A DNA stretch of 64,000 bases, from contig NC_043003.1 of assembly GCF_006345805.1 (NCBI RefSeq), forward strand, positions 67,952,001 through 68,016,000, given 5' to 3'. Shown here piece by piece: positions 51,420 to 64,000 of this stretch; the first letter of the stretch is position 1, and each line of letters opens with the position of its first letter. The translations under genes were made by a program, and so were the position numbers. Source of the DNA: Octopus sinensis. Its lineage: Eukaryota. The notes under the pieces were generated by a model, which made no database searches, was not told where the DNA came from, and worked only from the letters and a program-made list of their open reading frames with translations.

Positions 51420-52269
51420 ATAAACATGCCAGTATTAGTTTTCGTTAGTAACTTGGTAAAGTGGAGGAGGAAGGCATTTATGCCTATTAATTAAAAAGAT
51501 GGATTTTAGGTTCGGTGTGATCAGAAAGAATATTTAATTCAGCGGTCAGTAAGAATAGCTAGCTAGCTTCTCAGATACTTATGCTAGTAGATGAAAGAAA
51601 AGAAAAGAAAACCTACGTATATTGTAATGACCATGGATGTGTATAGGCAAGTGTTATGAGTGTTAATATTTTGCTTGGATTTGGATCTATGGCAGACCCT
51701 ATAGTTACGGGAGAGCTTATGTTTACATGTAGAGAATGCTTCGTGTCCACGCGTGGATCACTGGCGTTGGTATGGGACACTATAATATATTACGGCCCAG
51801 GTTATCCTATATGGTATTTTCCTACTCATCAGATGGTGTATGTGGTTGACTAGGGACTTGGATTTGCTGGTCCTGATATTTAAATGTGTTTAGATGTGCG
51901 CCCGGTGTATTTGGGTGAAGCGGTGCCACCGAGGCCGCCAGGTAGCCGTACTGTCCCGGGACCGACGCCGGAACGGATCCTCTTTAAAATCAATAGTACA
52001 CCCGATGTAATGGCTAGGAGAATTGTGCAATATGTTGCGGACAGTGGACTTGTACACCACGTTAAACTTAGTGCAATGGGCTTTTAGCGGGCGTTTGGTC
52101 CCAGAGCGTCAGTTGCAGGTATCTGTATTACGTAGGTTAGTTGTGGAATAGGATGATGCTGTACTATTTATAGACAAGTTAAAGTTTAGGGTGGTTCTAG
52201 GGTTTGGCTCGTATTATTATTGTTATTATTATTATTATTATTATTAGTAGTAGTAGTAGTAGTAGTAGT

Positions 52270-52304
<35 letters not shown>

Positions 52305-54160
52305 TAGTAGTAGTGGTAGTAGTAGTAGTAGTATAGTAGTAGTAGTAGTATAGTAGTAGTAGTAGTAGTAGTAGTTATTGTTGTTGTTGTATCATTAGCA
52401 GTAGTAGTGCTATTAGTATTAACATTCGTTTTAGCCGTAATCCGACGTTTCTCGGAAGCCTGGTTTATTTTGGTTATATATGCTCGGGTTAAGGTCGTTG
52501 TGAGTGTTGTCGCTACATTGAACAATGTTATGATTATATATATTTTGACTGCTCTGCCTATAGACGCTATTTAGGTAGTAGTAATTAAGTTTACGATTAT
52601 TAGATGACGTAACACTAGATTCTATTTTGGGCGGAGAGGAATACGATAATTTCAGAATAGATCTATTGAAGATTGAATGGCATTTATGGTAACGTGGGAA
52701 GTTAGAGTTTGCTGTTTTAAAAGAGGTTTTAGCGAAGCCTTTAACCTTTAAAGCGACTGAGGGTGTAAACCAGAGAATCGAACTTCCTCCACTTTTATTA
52801 GGCAATATAGGGGAAGTATGATCTATATTATTAGTTAGAAGAGTGTTGCGGGACTCATTGTTCCTTATCAGTTTGAGTTTCTATCGATTGTTATACGATT
52901 GTTAATACGTAATATTGTTATACGTGTGCCTGGGACGGTCGTTAGTGTCCCACTCTAGGTTCGTCTAGGTTTCTAAAGGGGGTTTTAGCGCGTCTATCTA
53001 CCGTGGGAAGATATGTGTCCATTGGTGGGACACGGCCCCACCAGCAGGACGGAATTTAGACATGTTTTTCTTTTAAAACCTAGTGTTTGCTATGAATTTT
53101 ATCTGCTGGGAGAAGCCGCTAGCAGCTAGCGCCTGATTGTTCTATGTAGCATGGCTATTGAACATTTCTTCCGTGGCTGAGAGAACGATATCTGGTTAGA
53201 TATGCCTTTGGTTACACAATTAAATATAGATTTATGATGGTTAGAGTTTATGGTAATGTATCTGAGGTATTAATTAGGTTTATGGCAGGGCGAGTAAAGC
53301 GAAGATTTTAAATCTAAAGTAACATCTAGAAAATTAGTTGTATTTATGTGTTTTCAAGCGTGATAGATAAATTAAAATTAGCGACTAATTTATGGAAATC
53401 GTTTCTAATCTGCTCTAATGCGGACCTAGATAGGCCCGTGATAACCAACAATGCATCGTTCCTATAAAACCCACCCCGTTGATGTTAGGGAAATGCATCG
53501 GAGTCGCTGTAGAAGGTACAGTCTGACTAGATCCGAGACCTGAGAAGAGTCAGAAGAACCCATGGTTATATCGAAGAAATTGCTACTATTATTATTAATG
53601 AAGGTAACTCGGCACCAAAGCTTGTCATCAAAAGAGATGAGTGTCTTTCTGACAGTTAGAATTACGTATTTTTTAAGGGGGTCAAGTTTGTTAGGTTTTT
53701 AGCTAGAATGTGAGCTTTGTTAAGAAGGATAGGGGAAGTAGAAACGTAGTAATTCTTCATATCAAATTGCAGGAATGAGAAGGTGTTTTTGTTTTCAAGG
53801 AGATGAAACCAGGTTATAACCTCACGTGTGTAAGATCATAAGTTGGCTCTAAATTTTTATAACTATAGGTATTGTCTAATATATATTCTTACTGATTTGT
53901 CCTTAGTCGTATTTTGTAGGGCAGATAACGCTTATAGAGTATTTGTTTATAAAATCCACTTTGTAGTCTTTAAAGGTGGAATGTGGGGCTCTTGGTTTGT
54001 ACGGCTCCGTACGATTGTATACTTAAAGTTTGTTCACTTGTTTACAGTGCTTGCTGTTAATGGTATCCAGAGTGGACGTTGAAGGTATCTTCTAGGACTT
54101 GTACAAATCCTTCCTAAAAAAGCCAATGTATCCCTCAAAGGAATACCCCTAATGTTCTAT
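51420..54160 (-). mobile_element. Decayed Naiad-like Penelope element: RT core, thumb, repeat-rich linker, zinc-finger-like motif, GIY-YIG
   Basis: Minus-strand fragments TFKDYK, GQISKNILD, VITWF...FLQFDMKNYY, FDITMGSSDSSQVSDLV, GFYRNDAL, NFLDVTLDL, LWFTP...FP..HK...IFNR..LKLSYS, CN*R...P...HC..FNVVYK, HYIGCT..FK; many frameshifts and stops. Confidence 0.9.
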
Positions 54161-54286
54161 ATATATATATATATATATACATATATATATCACGTGATCA
54201 CGTGACCGACCAGACCATCATTGTAGCTACACATCGCTGGTCACAATGCGTTCGCATTATTTTAGCCTTCGAACGACGCCACCCCG

Positions 54287-54327
<41 letters not shown>

Positions 54328-54333
54328 ATATAT

Positions 54334-54370
<37 letters not shown>

Positions 54371-56023
54371 GATAGATAGATAGATCGATATGCATGTGTG
54401 TGTGTTTATGTGTGTGTATGTATGTATGTATGCATGTGTGTGCGTGCATGCGTGTGTGCGTGCATGCGTGTGAGCGTGTGTTTTTGCATGTGTATGTGTG
54501 TTTTTACGCCTTTTTGTCCGTGCTCATCCTCTACATCTTGACAACTCGTAACGGTGTGTTTATGTCTCCGTAACTCAGCAATTGGGCACATATATCGATA
54601 AAATATGTACCTAGCATAACAATATAATTACCAGGGTTGATTCATTCGACTAAAAATTCCAGGAGTTGCTCAAAATATGGCCGTAGTTTGAATGAATGAG
54701 ACAAGATAAACGACGCACTTTATTAATATTCGCTGCTACGCCGCAGTTGGCAGATACTTCAAAATCGAAACGTACTGATTTCTTTTGAAAGACCCACCCA
54801 TACAGTTTGATCATCAAGGCTACTCCTGTAATCAGAGCTGACAATATTCTTCACTTAAAATAATAATTCGCTTGAGTAATACTATGGAAATACGGTTGTT
54901 GTTTAACCTACGATAATTTTCACACTCACAAATGCTATTGGAAATTAACTTCAGTAATTCAGAACCTCGTTTTCTGCAGTATTTGTAGCATTCTTTCTAC
55001 GAAACCAACTTCAATAGTTCCTGAGGCAATTAATTATTCCCGTAGAGATTATTTGCCAGACATTCACTAGCTTCTGAGTGTTTTGAAATCAATCGAATGC
55101 AACGTTGCAATTTCAGGTTGGATATAATTTCAGTGTCGGCTAACATGATTTTTCATTTTATTTTTGTTCTAATGACTTGCACTTAGTAAATCTTAAAGAA
55201 AATTGCTCACAACTTGAGTCAGCGTTAGTCGATATTTGCTTTTGAACGCTTTGAGTGTCTGTGAAAACCTGTCAATTATGTTTTTGGGTATGTGAATATT
55301 TAAAAGTACTACTCTCAATAGGAAGCAAACATTATTTTGCTTTCAAAGGCTTCTGCATTTTTAAATGTAACATCAAAGGTTGTGTCATTTCCCTACAAAT
55401 TGGTATTCGGAAAATCTAAATGCAGAGCGAGAGAATGAGAGAGATCGAGATCGAGAGATCTGTGAAGAATCATTCGATTACACATTCGCGTAATATAATT
55501 ATATAATACTTAACAAATAATACTTCATTCAAATAAACAGACGGACTGGAACAATAAACAGAGTTTTGATTGACACAATGTCCACTAAGTCAAAGAACAT
55601 ACTTAATTTTGCAGATACCGATATCACATGGGACATTTTCAAATTGAGATTTAAAATTTAAGTAACGTGATTTAAATTTTAACTTCAAGTTAATTATGTT
55701 CGGTGCTTACACAGTTTCCCCAATGAATATCCATGCATTTTGCAAACACGCTTCCAAAACTTGTCACTCTATCAGTCAGATGGTGACTCGATCATATGTC
55801 ACATAAACTTTTTTTTTAAGGTTTTATCTTTCGCTTGACGTTTCAATACTTTTGGGATATTCAATGAAGCAGTTCTTATTTTATAATCCCTACAACAAAT
55901 CTAACTACACGGAAATTATAACATGATGTTATCTCCTATCTAAACGAGTAGTCAACAATATATTTCCTCACATACATTGTTTAGGTCTTTAATATGCTTG
56001 ACAACCTCATTAACATGCTATCA

Positions 56024-56406
56024 CTGAGGCGGCGAGCTGGCAGAATCGTTAGCACATCGGGCGAAATGCTTAACAGTATTTCGTCTGTCGTTACGTTCTG
56101 AGTTCAAATTCCACCGAGGTCTACTTTGCCTTTCATCCTTTCGGGGTGGATTAAATAAGAACCAGTTACGCACTTAATCCGTTTGCCTGTCCTTGTTTGT
56201 TTTCTCTGTGTTTAACCCCTTGTGGGCAGTAAAGTAATAGGTATTTCACCTGTCGCTACATTCTGAGTTCAAATTTTACCGAGGTCGACTTTGCATTCCA
56301 TTTTCCGGGGTCGATAAATTAAATACCAGTGAAACACTGGGGTCGATATAATTGATTCGTCCTCTTCCAACAAATTTAAGGCCTTGTACCAAAAGTAGTA
56401 GAAAGG
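56024..56406 (+). mobile_element. tRNA-derived SINE (family C), full length, 15-bp TSD
   Basis: TSD attaacatgctatca at 56009-56023 and 56407-56421. Confidence 0.9.
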
Positions 56407-56966
56407 ATTAACATGCTATCATTTACTTTTTTTGTTTTTCCTCTCTGACGAATAGCTAAAATGAAATATTTTATTCTTTCATTTTATGGAAAAATACAAC
56501 ACAAAGGAATGGAACATTCTTTCCATGGTACTTTAATATACATATAAGTAGTAAAGCTTGAGATCTCGGGAACATATTTTTAGTGGTTGATTCGCACACC
56601 CAAGACATGCAGAATAGATGACCACTGACTTGAAAATCATGGAAGAGTTAGCAGCAGGCAGGACCTATGGCTGTAAAAGAATGCTGGAATGTTTCTGCAT
56701 AGCAGAAGTTTGTTTGAGAAAATGAGCGTAAAAACCAATAAGGGTGTACCTACTACTACTACTACTACTACAGACACACACACACACATACACACACACG
56801 CACACTCATTCACACATGGTTACACACATTTATATATATATACATACCATATATAATCATATAATATGTATACATATATGTATGTGTGTGTACGTGCGTA
56901 CGTGGCGTGCGTGTGTGTGTGTGTATATGTGTGTGTGTGTATGTGTGTATGTGTGTGTATGTGTGT

Positions 56967-57011
<45 letters not shown>

Positions 57012-57514
57012 CATATCACCGCATGTTGTTCCATGTCGAACGATGATATTTCTTGACATTTCAAACCTAGCTGAAAGTAATTTGAAGCTGCCGGAAACAA
57101 ACTCCGAAAACCGAAATATTTCAGTGATTTTTAAATACTGTTTCCTCAAGAAACCTTATTTTTCTTCATTTTACGGAAGAAGTCGTGCACACAATATTTC
57201 GAAGCATAGATTTCATTTTCTTTTCTGATCATGATAAAAAATTTCGATCCCGCTGCCTTGAAAATTTCTGTTACAGCTCCTGTTCTTCCAATGATATTAG
57301 TTGACATTCAGAATTATTTGAAGAGTAAATTTAATGTTAAAAATATCTCACAGACGAAATAAACTTGGAAGTATGAATTATAATAGAATAGAATTTTAAA
57401 CAGGCTTTTAGCGTTAAAATAAGCAACTCATCGACCATCAGGTGTTGATGATTTTCCTAATGTCCCGAAAGTTAAATAAATAAATACGTTCGGATATTAC
57501 ATATAAATTCCTTC

Positions 57515-57720
57515 TAAATTTGGCGCGAGGGCCACATTACTGAGAGGAGAGGCAAGTCGATTACCTTGTAGTCGATTACCAGTAGTTGGGTGGTACGTAC
57601 TTCAACGTCGACGAAAGGATGGAAGACAAACTGGGGTTCGGCAGCATTTGATTACAGAAATACTACTCAGCACTTTGCCCTGTGAGCTGTCTATTAAGCC
57701 GGTTCGCCCACTTTGGGCGA
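57515..57720 (-). mobile_element. SINE (family C), highly diverged
   Basis: 'gaaaggatggaagacaaa...cagcatttga...ccggttcgcc' resembles the reverse complement of family C. Confidence 0.5.
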
Positions 57721-58489
57721 ATAATATAATAATATAATAACACCCAAGGCTTGCATAGAAAGATGGATGGATGGATGGGTGGATTTGCCTATTATAGCTA
57801 ATAGTTTGAAGGAAGCTTGTTTATCTAGTATGATAAATTATCATGGAGGTTTGTTTATCTAGTATGGCCATTGTAACATGTAGAATGTGTGTGTGTGATT
57901 AAAAAAGCAGTGATTCCTAATATGCACTTCATCTCACACGGGTTGGGCTCATATTTACTGCGTATCATTCTGAAGCGCAGATAAACTAAGCCTCTCTACC
58001 GTAGAAGGGTTACATAAAAAACACTCGTCATCAGTGCTAGATTACGTGGTTGTTCCAGTGCTGAAAAAATATATTATGCATGTACCCTGTTCACGAATAT
58101 GTTTCATGTTGATGTGTAAAAATATAATTTATTTACGACAGAATATTGAATATATTCCTTTGTAGTGGTAGCGTATCTATTATTGAAAGCAAGCCTCAAA
58201 TAACGTACCTTTGATTATCCAATTACTTTGATGTTTATTTGTTCACCTACTACCTGTAGTTTTGTGGCTTTACGAAGTGTTACGTTCCAACGAAATTTAT
58301 GATCATAGTGAAATACGATCAAATGGTTGTCAAAAACATGACGTTTGAATCTATATGTGTGTGTGTGTAAATGTGTTTGTATTATTGTATATATATAAAC
58401 GTATATATACAATTATATATGCACATACATATCTATACACAAACATATATACATATATATATATATGTATATATGTATATATATACATG

Positions 58490-58545
<56 letters not shown>

Positions 58546-58617
58546 CAAGAGAGAGAGAGAGAGAGAGAGAGGGTGTGATAGATAGATAGATAGATATGCA
58601 TATATACATATATATAT

Positions 58618-58661
<44 letters not shown>

Positions 58662-59139
58662 ATATATACGTGTGTGCCTGTGAATATGTATATATTTGTT
58701 TACGTGTTTACAACGTCTACGTTTTTGCTTTGTAATAAATCAAATATAATTTATGGCTAACTGTGACACTTAGTGCAATATCTTCCACTTCTTTCCACAT
58801 GAAAATATTACAGCCGCAATGAATCTCTTGAAATAAAAAAAAAATAAAATGAATGGAGTTCTCACATTCAATGACGTCGAAGTGTAAATAGTAAGCTTCC
58901 AAGACTAACCTTGTGATGTTTCACTTCACCATCCATAAGCAACAAAGTTACTCAAATACGATACGTGGGAGGAATGCATAAAATCTTGAAAGGGGATTTC
59001 CTCAAGTTGATAGGCATCAGCATTTTGTTTTTACCATTTACTTGTCATGGATGTCATACAATGTCATGACATCACATAGATTACATTTCCCTGTTGTGTG
59101 TATTCAGGTAATTGTATTATCTACAGACATTTTGTATAG

Positions 59140-59385
59140 GCACCTGGTTTAGTGGTTAGGACGTTGGACTTATGGTCGCGAGATTGTGGTTTCGAATCCT
59201 GGATCGAGTGACGAGTTGTCTTCTTTAGGAAACACTTCATGTGACGTTGTTCCAGTCTACTCAGCTGGCAAAAAGGAGTAATCCTGCGACGAAACGACAG
59301 CCCGTTCAAGGGAGGGGGCAATATACACCATGGAAGCCATGGAAGTGGCTCTGTCAGTCTAAATGACTCCGGAAGGAAATTTACT
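59140..59385 (+). mobile_element. tRNA-derived SINE, diverged
   Basis: 'ggtttagtggttaggacgttggacttatggtcgcgagattgtggtttcgaatcctgg' is a tRNA-like head with A and B boxes. Confidence 0.7.
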
Positions 59386-59405
59386 ACTACTACTATTGCA
59401 TACAT

Positions 59406-59482
<77 letters not shown>

Positions 59483-59484
<2 letters not shown>

Positions 59485-59645
59485 CACCACCATCATTTAA
59501 CGTCCGTCGTCTATGCGGGCATCGGTTGGACGGTTTGACAGGAGCTGGCCAGGTGGAAGACTACACCAAGCTGCTGTGTCTGTTTTGGCATGCTTTTCCT
59601 TGCTGGATGCCCTTCCTAACACTAACCATCCCGTACAGTGGACTA
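59483..59645 (-). mobile_element. RTE-related 3'-tail repeat
   Basis: 'catcatttaacgtccgtc...ggttggacggtttgac...gctggatgcccttcctaac' resembles, from recall, a common RTE-tail repeat in reverse orientation. Confidence 0.5.
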
Positions 59646-59782
59646 TATATATATACATCTTCGAAGATGTATATGCATGTCAATAACATTTCTGTTTAAG
59701 AATAATAAATATCACAAATATCACAAATATCACAGTATGTAGATATCTGGTTATATTTACTTATATAGACGTGAATACGAAT

Positions 59783-59876
<94 letters not shown>

Positions 59877-60409
59877 ATGAATGTCTTGATGGGGAATGAC
59901 GTACTTTTCATTGATGTGAATTTAAGGAATGAAATAGTACTCTTAAAAATCGACATAGGTAGAACATATTCACGATCGTATTCATGCACTATAATTTAGA
60001 TTGCTAAATTCACGAAATATTGAAAGGCTGGTATCGCACAAACATTTGTCGTTGCTCTACATGAATTAAATTGACATGTGAACTACCAGATTTATATAAG
60101 CGAAGTCCATTCTTCTTATTTCTTTCATGCATGGACTTCATGTTCAATTGTATATTACGTGGTGCATATATATACGTTAGACGCATTCAAATGGTACTAC
60201 TTAATTTCAAAATCCTCAACCTCGAGATAAGTACGTGTGTGTGTGTGACAGAGAGAGAGTGAGGCAGAGAGAGACAGAGACAGATAGGGAGACAGAGAGA
60301 CTGACAGAAACAGAGAGGGACACAGAGAGAAATACAGAGACAGACAGATAGACATAGAAAGAGGTAGACACTTAAATTACACTGGCAGACAGACAGACAG
60401 ACAAAAGTC

Positions 60410-63400
60410 GTTGTTAACAGTAAGAGTTCCCAAAAGGTTTATCCCTACGGAAAAGTACCACGGTAACCTACCAAACGAAACAGAAAAACATTAACATGAG
60501 AGCAAAGTGCTCTTACTCTCTTTGTTTTATAGGATAATGCTCAAGATGGTTCCCTCATTTATCCGTATCATGCTTGCCAATTTCACCCATCTTTTTTTGA
60601 AGCTTTCATTAGACAAAACGTCTCTCTCGATTCTCATCTTCCTCTTCAAGTGTTACTTGAAAAAGTCGATGAGAGGTCGGCCAGAGAGGAAAGTGTCTGT
60701 CTCTAAAACTTTTACACATACATTCTTCTTTCCCTGTAGCCAACAGTACAATGAAAACTGCCTTGCCTTGCCCGTTAAAAGAAGGTGGGGGCAATATTCA
60801 CGATAGACTCGGCCGACAACCGAATTCATCCCACACGTGACAGCAGCCGTTCGAGATAAGCCCACAGGTCTGAAATGCTTGGACATTGCGCGAGAGCGTG
60901 CAGAACGGTTTCGTCGCTCTGACCGCATCTCTGACCGGGCAAGACGGTCCAATGTTCATTGAAGCGTGTCTATAGAGCTTTGCTTTCCGATAGCGCTGCC
61001 AGGTGAGGGAGCTCTGGAAATTATACATAGGTCCCGTCTCGAAAGTGGTCCTGAAGAGGAGGGCCAGATATTCCACGTCAACGCCGAAGGTCTCTCTAAT
61101 AATGTCGTCGCACCTCGCTTCCACTAATCCACTATAGAATGACTTCGTGGAATTCAAGTCACACATGTTAGATCCAGGACAACAGAGTTGCTCCAGAGTA
61201 CGGCGACACTCGCGGTTCTATTCGCCCAGCCTCGGTCTCTGTTTGATCCACGATTGCAGTTCGGTCAATGAGACGAGCTGCGGGGAAGTGCGTCTCACAA
61301 ACGGCGACATTTGTTCACCGCCGTCTATGAAACGCTACAGATTTCGAAATCTCAGCGCAAGTCTCCGCATCATTAACCACGGCTTGCCCAGCCCTCCATT
61401 TAGCGGATGTTGGCAGTAAATGGATCGCCTGACCATCAGAACGCTTCCCTTCCACAAAAAGCGGAAGAGAATGTGTTCCAGTTTTGTGATTGTAGGGTCG
61501 GGACAAAGTCTGATTGTAGTAGATGACGGATGCGATGTACGTATTCGCCACCTCAACACGACGTTTTAGAGATAGCTTCCTCTCGACCCATTGCTGTGTG
61601 AGAGTGGCTACGCTACTGTTTATCTCGTCCCAGTTCTCCATTTGAGATACGGACCGAAACAAACACCGAGCAATTTAACAGGTCCGTCCGTCCAGTGTCC
61701 CAGGATGGAGACGCTGTTGGACAGCATGGGTTGCTTTTCCAGGTGCTGAACCGCAAGCCCACTGACTTTTCCGGGTTAATTTTCGCTCCCGTTACCGCTT
61801 CGTATTCTTTTAGTGTCTCGCCGTCCAGGTCGGTATGTCTGTGGCTCGACACTATGACGGTGACATCGTTCGCGAATACAGACATGCTCATCTCCTATGC
61901 CAGTTCTTACGGGATGCCCCTCAGCGTCGAGAGGTTCCTCAAAAGTGGCTCTAGATATAGAAGCGATGGAAGGGGGCATCATTGACGAAACGAACGCGTG
62001 ATGTTAGATGGCCTAGATAGATGACCTTTTACTCAATCCAACTGCTGAAGACGGGACCGAAACCAGCTGCCCTCAGGACAGCCTCCAATTATCGATGGTC
62101 GACCCTATCGAAAGCTTTCGATTAACACAAATTTATCAGTGTCTCATCCATGCAGGGTTCCTTAACTACCCTGTCTATGATACATCGCACCAGAGGGAAG
62201 TTATCATGAATACTTCCGCCCGGCACGGCGCAAGCTTGCGCCTTGTTGACCTGTTTCTCGATGACAAACGCCAACCCCTCCTCTAGCACCATGGCCCAAA
62301 ATCCCTTCTCTTCCTATCTCTACTCACATAGTCTAATTGCGTGTCCAAAGTAGCGTTCTAATCCCCTCTAAAAGTAAATATCGATATATTCCTAGGAAAA
62401 CCTCTAGACGTCGAAAAAAATTCGACCGACCTGATTAGGCTGCCGCGTACACTGTTAATGGTCGGAAAGCAAACCCATTACTGCCATCGTCATCCAAGAC
62501 GACCAGCCGGGTTTAACAATATTACTCTTACTTTCAGATCCAGACACTTTCGAAAAAGCACCGCAATATCATCCATTCTCGGCAGACACGGGGAAAATAA
62601 ATATCGAATTGTCTGCCAAATGTGGGCTTGAGGGTCAATAGGATGGAGGGTCTGGTTTAGCTATGATATCTACACTTTGTGACTTGATGTCATTTAACAA
62701 GTGACCTTGTTTTCAAGGCGAACCAAAAGCACGCACATTTATACTACCTATCTTGATCATGAATCTGACGAAAGATCCGTCTCAAACACAAACCGAAAAC
62801 AGAAAGTGGGGGAGAGAGAAAGAAGGTCAGTTAGTGTTTCGGAAGTTGGGGATATTCCTCTTCAGTTTCCGTGCGGAGATTTTTATATAGATTTTTTTTG
62901 CGAAATGTTTTTGAAATCTCCCTACTGCATTAGGGTAGAAGGATTTAATTAATTTGTGTGTGTTTTGTGTGGTATGTACTATTTTTGTGTTGTGGCGTTG
63001 CTGTGCGTGGGTGGTTGTTTGTTTCGAAATTGTTTTCAGTTACGACGGTTTATTGCATCAGGTCCAAATTCTTCGTGTTGATTGCGGTGAGCATTGTATG
63101 TTTGTAGTGTGGAGGCGCAGTGGTTAGGGCAGCGGACTCGCGGTCGTTGGATCGTGGTTTCGATTCCCAGACCGGGCGTTGTGAGTGTTTATTGAGCGAA
63201 AACATCTAAAGCTCCACGAGGCTCCGGCAGGGATGGTGGTGATCACTGCTGTACTCTTTCACCACAACTTTCTCTCACTCTTACTTCCTGTTTCTGTTGT
63301 ACCTGTATTTCAAAGGGCCGGCCTTATCACTCTCTGTGTCACGCTGAATATCCCCGAGAACTACGTTAAAGGTACACGTGTCTGTGGAGTGCTCAGCCAC

Positions 63401-64000
63401 TTACACGTTAATTTCACGAGCAGGCTGTTCCGTTGATCGGATCAACCGGAACCCTCGTCGTCGTAACCGACGGAGTGCTTCCATGTTTGTAGTGTTGGCG
63501 CTGGTGCTGTTGTTATGTGTGGGAGTTTTGTTGCCAGGAGTGCTGTATCTCCATGTTTTGTTTGGTGGAGACCTTGCTCTTTTTCCCCCCTTTTTGCCCT
63601 TCCTCCTGTGGACACTTGCCATTCCTCCGTGTCGCCTTCCACGGACAAAAAGTCAGAGGAATCAGGAGAGGGGAAGGTATTGGTCTCGATTTGTTGGTGT
63701 GTTGATGTTGTTGCTATTATTAGTGTTGCTTGGAGACTGTTGGGATGTGATGTATGGGTGGCATTTCTGTAGCTGTTGCTGTTGGTGGTTGTGGTGTTGA
63801 CCGTGTTGGTTTTTTGATTGGTTGGGTTTGTTGAGTTTGTTTGTTGTTTTCTGGAGCTGTTTCATCCGTTCGTGGAACTTAAATCTGTTGTACTGATGAT
63901 GGTGCGGGTAACAGTGCTGGTGTGCGGGTAGTGTATTCTTTTTTTTTTTCGTTACTGCTGTTGCTCCGGAACTGTTGAGCAGTCAAATTGTTGGTGGTTT
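60410..64000 (-). mobile_element. Tx1/L1-like LINE, decayed, running off the window edge; ORF2 from 62760 to ~60530 with an internal deletion near 62304
   Basis: MIKIGSINVRAFGSP*KQGHLLNDIKSQSVDIIA (endonuclease start); ILAMVLEEGLAFVIEKQV...SKAFDRVDH; VFANDVTV...YEAVTGAKINPEKSVGL; WVERKLSLKRRVEVANTYIASVIYY; LFRFLWKG...HPLNGGLG; KKRWVKLASM. Confidence 0.9.
63111..63482 (+). mobile_element. tRNA-derived SINE (family A) inserted into the LINE, 13-bp TSD
   Basis: TSD atgtttgtagtgt at 63098-63110 and 63483-63495; near-identical to 37389-37778. Confidence 0.92.

Noticed and set aside
62040-62075. CTGAAGA...GAAAC inside LINE ORF2, and similar partial cores at 3560(-), 15530, 21585, 38082, 47100, 51825(-), 56447, 58025(-) and 62765
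   Set aside because: Stem I, II or III cannot be formed, or the GAAA half is missing.
63378-63800. 140-aa plus-strand ORF with hydrophobic stretches
   Set aside because: It starts inside a SINE and continues antisense to the A/C-rich LINE region; the hydrophobicity follows from GT-rich composition.

Overview
AT-rich, microsatellite-dense eukaryotic DNA. I infer an Octopus (cephalopod) genome from recall of its tRNA-derived SINE families and its (TA)n/(CA)n/(TAGA)n load. No intact host protein-coding gene could be supported; most ORFs in the track are translated microsatellites or transposon antisense frames. The window is a transposon graveyard containing: three Penelope-like retroelements (PLEs: a Neptune-like fragment at 0.9-2.2 kb, a young 5'-truncated Naiad-like copy bounded by 202-bp inverted repeats at 32.7-35.2 kb, and a decayed Naiad-like RT+GIY-YIG copy at 51.4-54.2 kb); a Tx1/L1-like LINE (60.4-64 kb); CR1/Jockey and RTE fragments; an internally deleted mariner; MULE, hAT and possible Helitron remnants; and many SINEs. 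The most interesting signals are several unrelated type-I hammerhead ribozyme motifs (two with unusually long stem II), an in-frame TGA at a conserved zinc-finger Cys of a Naiad-like element (possible selenocysteine recoding), a 70% GC ~70-bp insert in that element, a direct-repeat element whose empty site is also present in the window, and (TA)n-bounded tandem and fold-back duplications. All structures and alignments were done by eye.
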